Position numbers and translations under genes: made by a program. Below, piece by piece: positions 36,762 through 37,192 of a DNA stretch of 37,192 bases. Under the pieces are notes generated by a model. That model searched no databases. It saw only the letters and a list, made by a program, of their open reading frames with translations, and was not told where the DNA came from. Source of the DNA: Schmidtea polychroa (Eukaryota); assembly GCA_044892525.1 (NCBI GenBank), contig CM097885.1, positions 31,956,809 to 31,994,000 on the forward strand, written 5' to 3'. Position 1 is the stretch's first letter. Each line of letters opens with the position of its first letter.

Positions 36762-36808
36762 GTCATCACACTTTTGGCAACAATTTTTCGGTGATCGCGT
36801 CGGTGTTT

Positions 36809-36821
36809 ACCGCTGCCACCA
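36809..36821 (-). promoter_or_regulatory. Primer-binding site, tRNA-Leu type
   Basis: TGGTGGCAGCGGT directly after the 5' LTR; complementary to the ...ACCGCTGCCACCA 3' end of eukaryotic tRNA-Leu. Confidence 0.75.
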
Positions 36822-37033
36822 CATTAGGATTCTCATCCCTTAACACATTAATATCTGTTTGCAAATTACTAAATAATTCCATAAATTTTATTTAATAAAT
36901 TATACACTCAAAACTTTTGTTTCTTATTTAAACAAATTTCAATCTTTTTTTTGAAATATTTTTCGATAAAAATATTTTAAAAATTTAACAAAATTTCTAA
37001 TTAAAACTTTTAGAATCTTTCAACCTCTTCATA
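36822..37033 (-). repeat. 5' LTR of the gypsy element
   Basis: Direct repeat of 23551-23764, roughly 90-93% identical by eye; termini TATGA...CCTAAT(G). Confidence 0.9.
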
Positions 37034-37192
37034 ACTCGTTAATTTGATCCAAATGAGAATGATCAAGAACATCTCAAGAAGAAACTCCCGTATTATCGCT
37101 TCATGAGTAGTTGTACAAACAACTAAAAAAGGACATCGTGATGAATACCGTAGGACCTACGGCGTAGGTAATACTGACAAATTCAAGTTGTT
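37034..37192 (+). pseudogene. Probable continuation of the hAT element beyond the gypsy insertion
   Basis: Follows the second copy of the 5-bp gypsy target site (ACTCG), so it is contiguous with 23550 in the pre-insertion allele. Continuity of coding is not independently verified. Confidence 0.45.

Larger units (their letters stand above)
23551..37033 (-). mobile_element. Compact, decayed Ty3/gypsy LTR retrotransposon (~4.3 kb without the nested element)
   Basis: Two ~213-bp LTRs, PBS, PPT, gag-PR-RT-RH-INT order, 5-bp target duplication ACTCA (23546-23550) / ACTCG (37034-37038). Confidence 0.93.

Overview
AT-rich animal genomic DNA. A triclad flatworm (planarian) origin is my inference from composition, short introns and repeat types; it is not proven. 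The left ~21 kb holds an intronless uncharacterised 483-aa gene, a three-exon NK1/Nkx1 (slouch-type) homeobox gene whose eh1-containing first exon lies ~6 kb upstream, and several hAT and Tc1/pogo-type MITEs. The right ~15 kb is a three-level nested insertion. A decayed BED-finger hAT transposase gene is interrupted by a compact decayed Ty3/gypsy retrotransposon (23551-37033). The gypsy RNase H region is in turn interrupted by a 9.2-kb Polinton/Maverick-like element (25024-34208) with ~630-bp TIRs, AG...CT termini and a perfect 6-bp TSD (AATACA). This element encodes a protein-primed PolB and an A32-like packaging ATPase, but no integrase, capsid or protease is visible. Its cargo is unusual: an intron-containing Bcl-2-family gene missed by the ORF track, a minimal TBP-like protein, a signal-peptide/GPI-type surface protein, a possible OB-fold protein and a second spliced gene. 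Its TIRs carry arrays of ATGACTCAT (AP-1 consensus) and an internal inverted pseudo-terminus. All calls are by eye; no searches were run.
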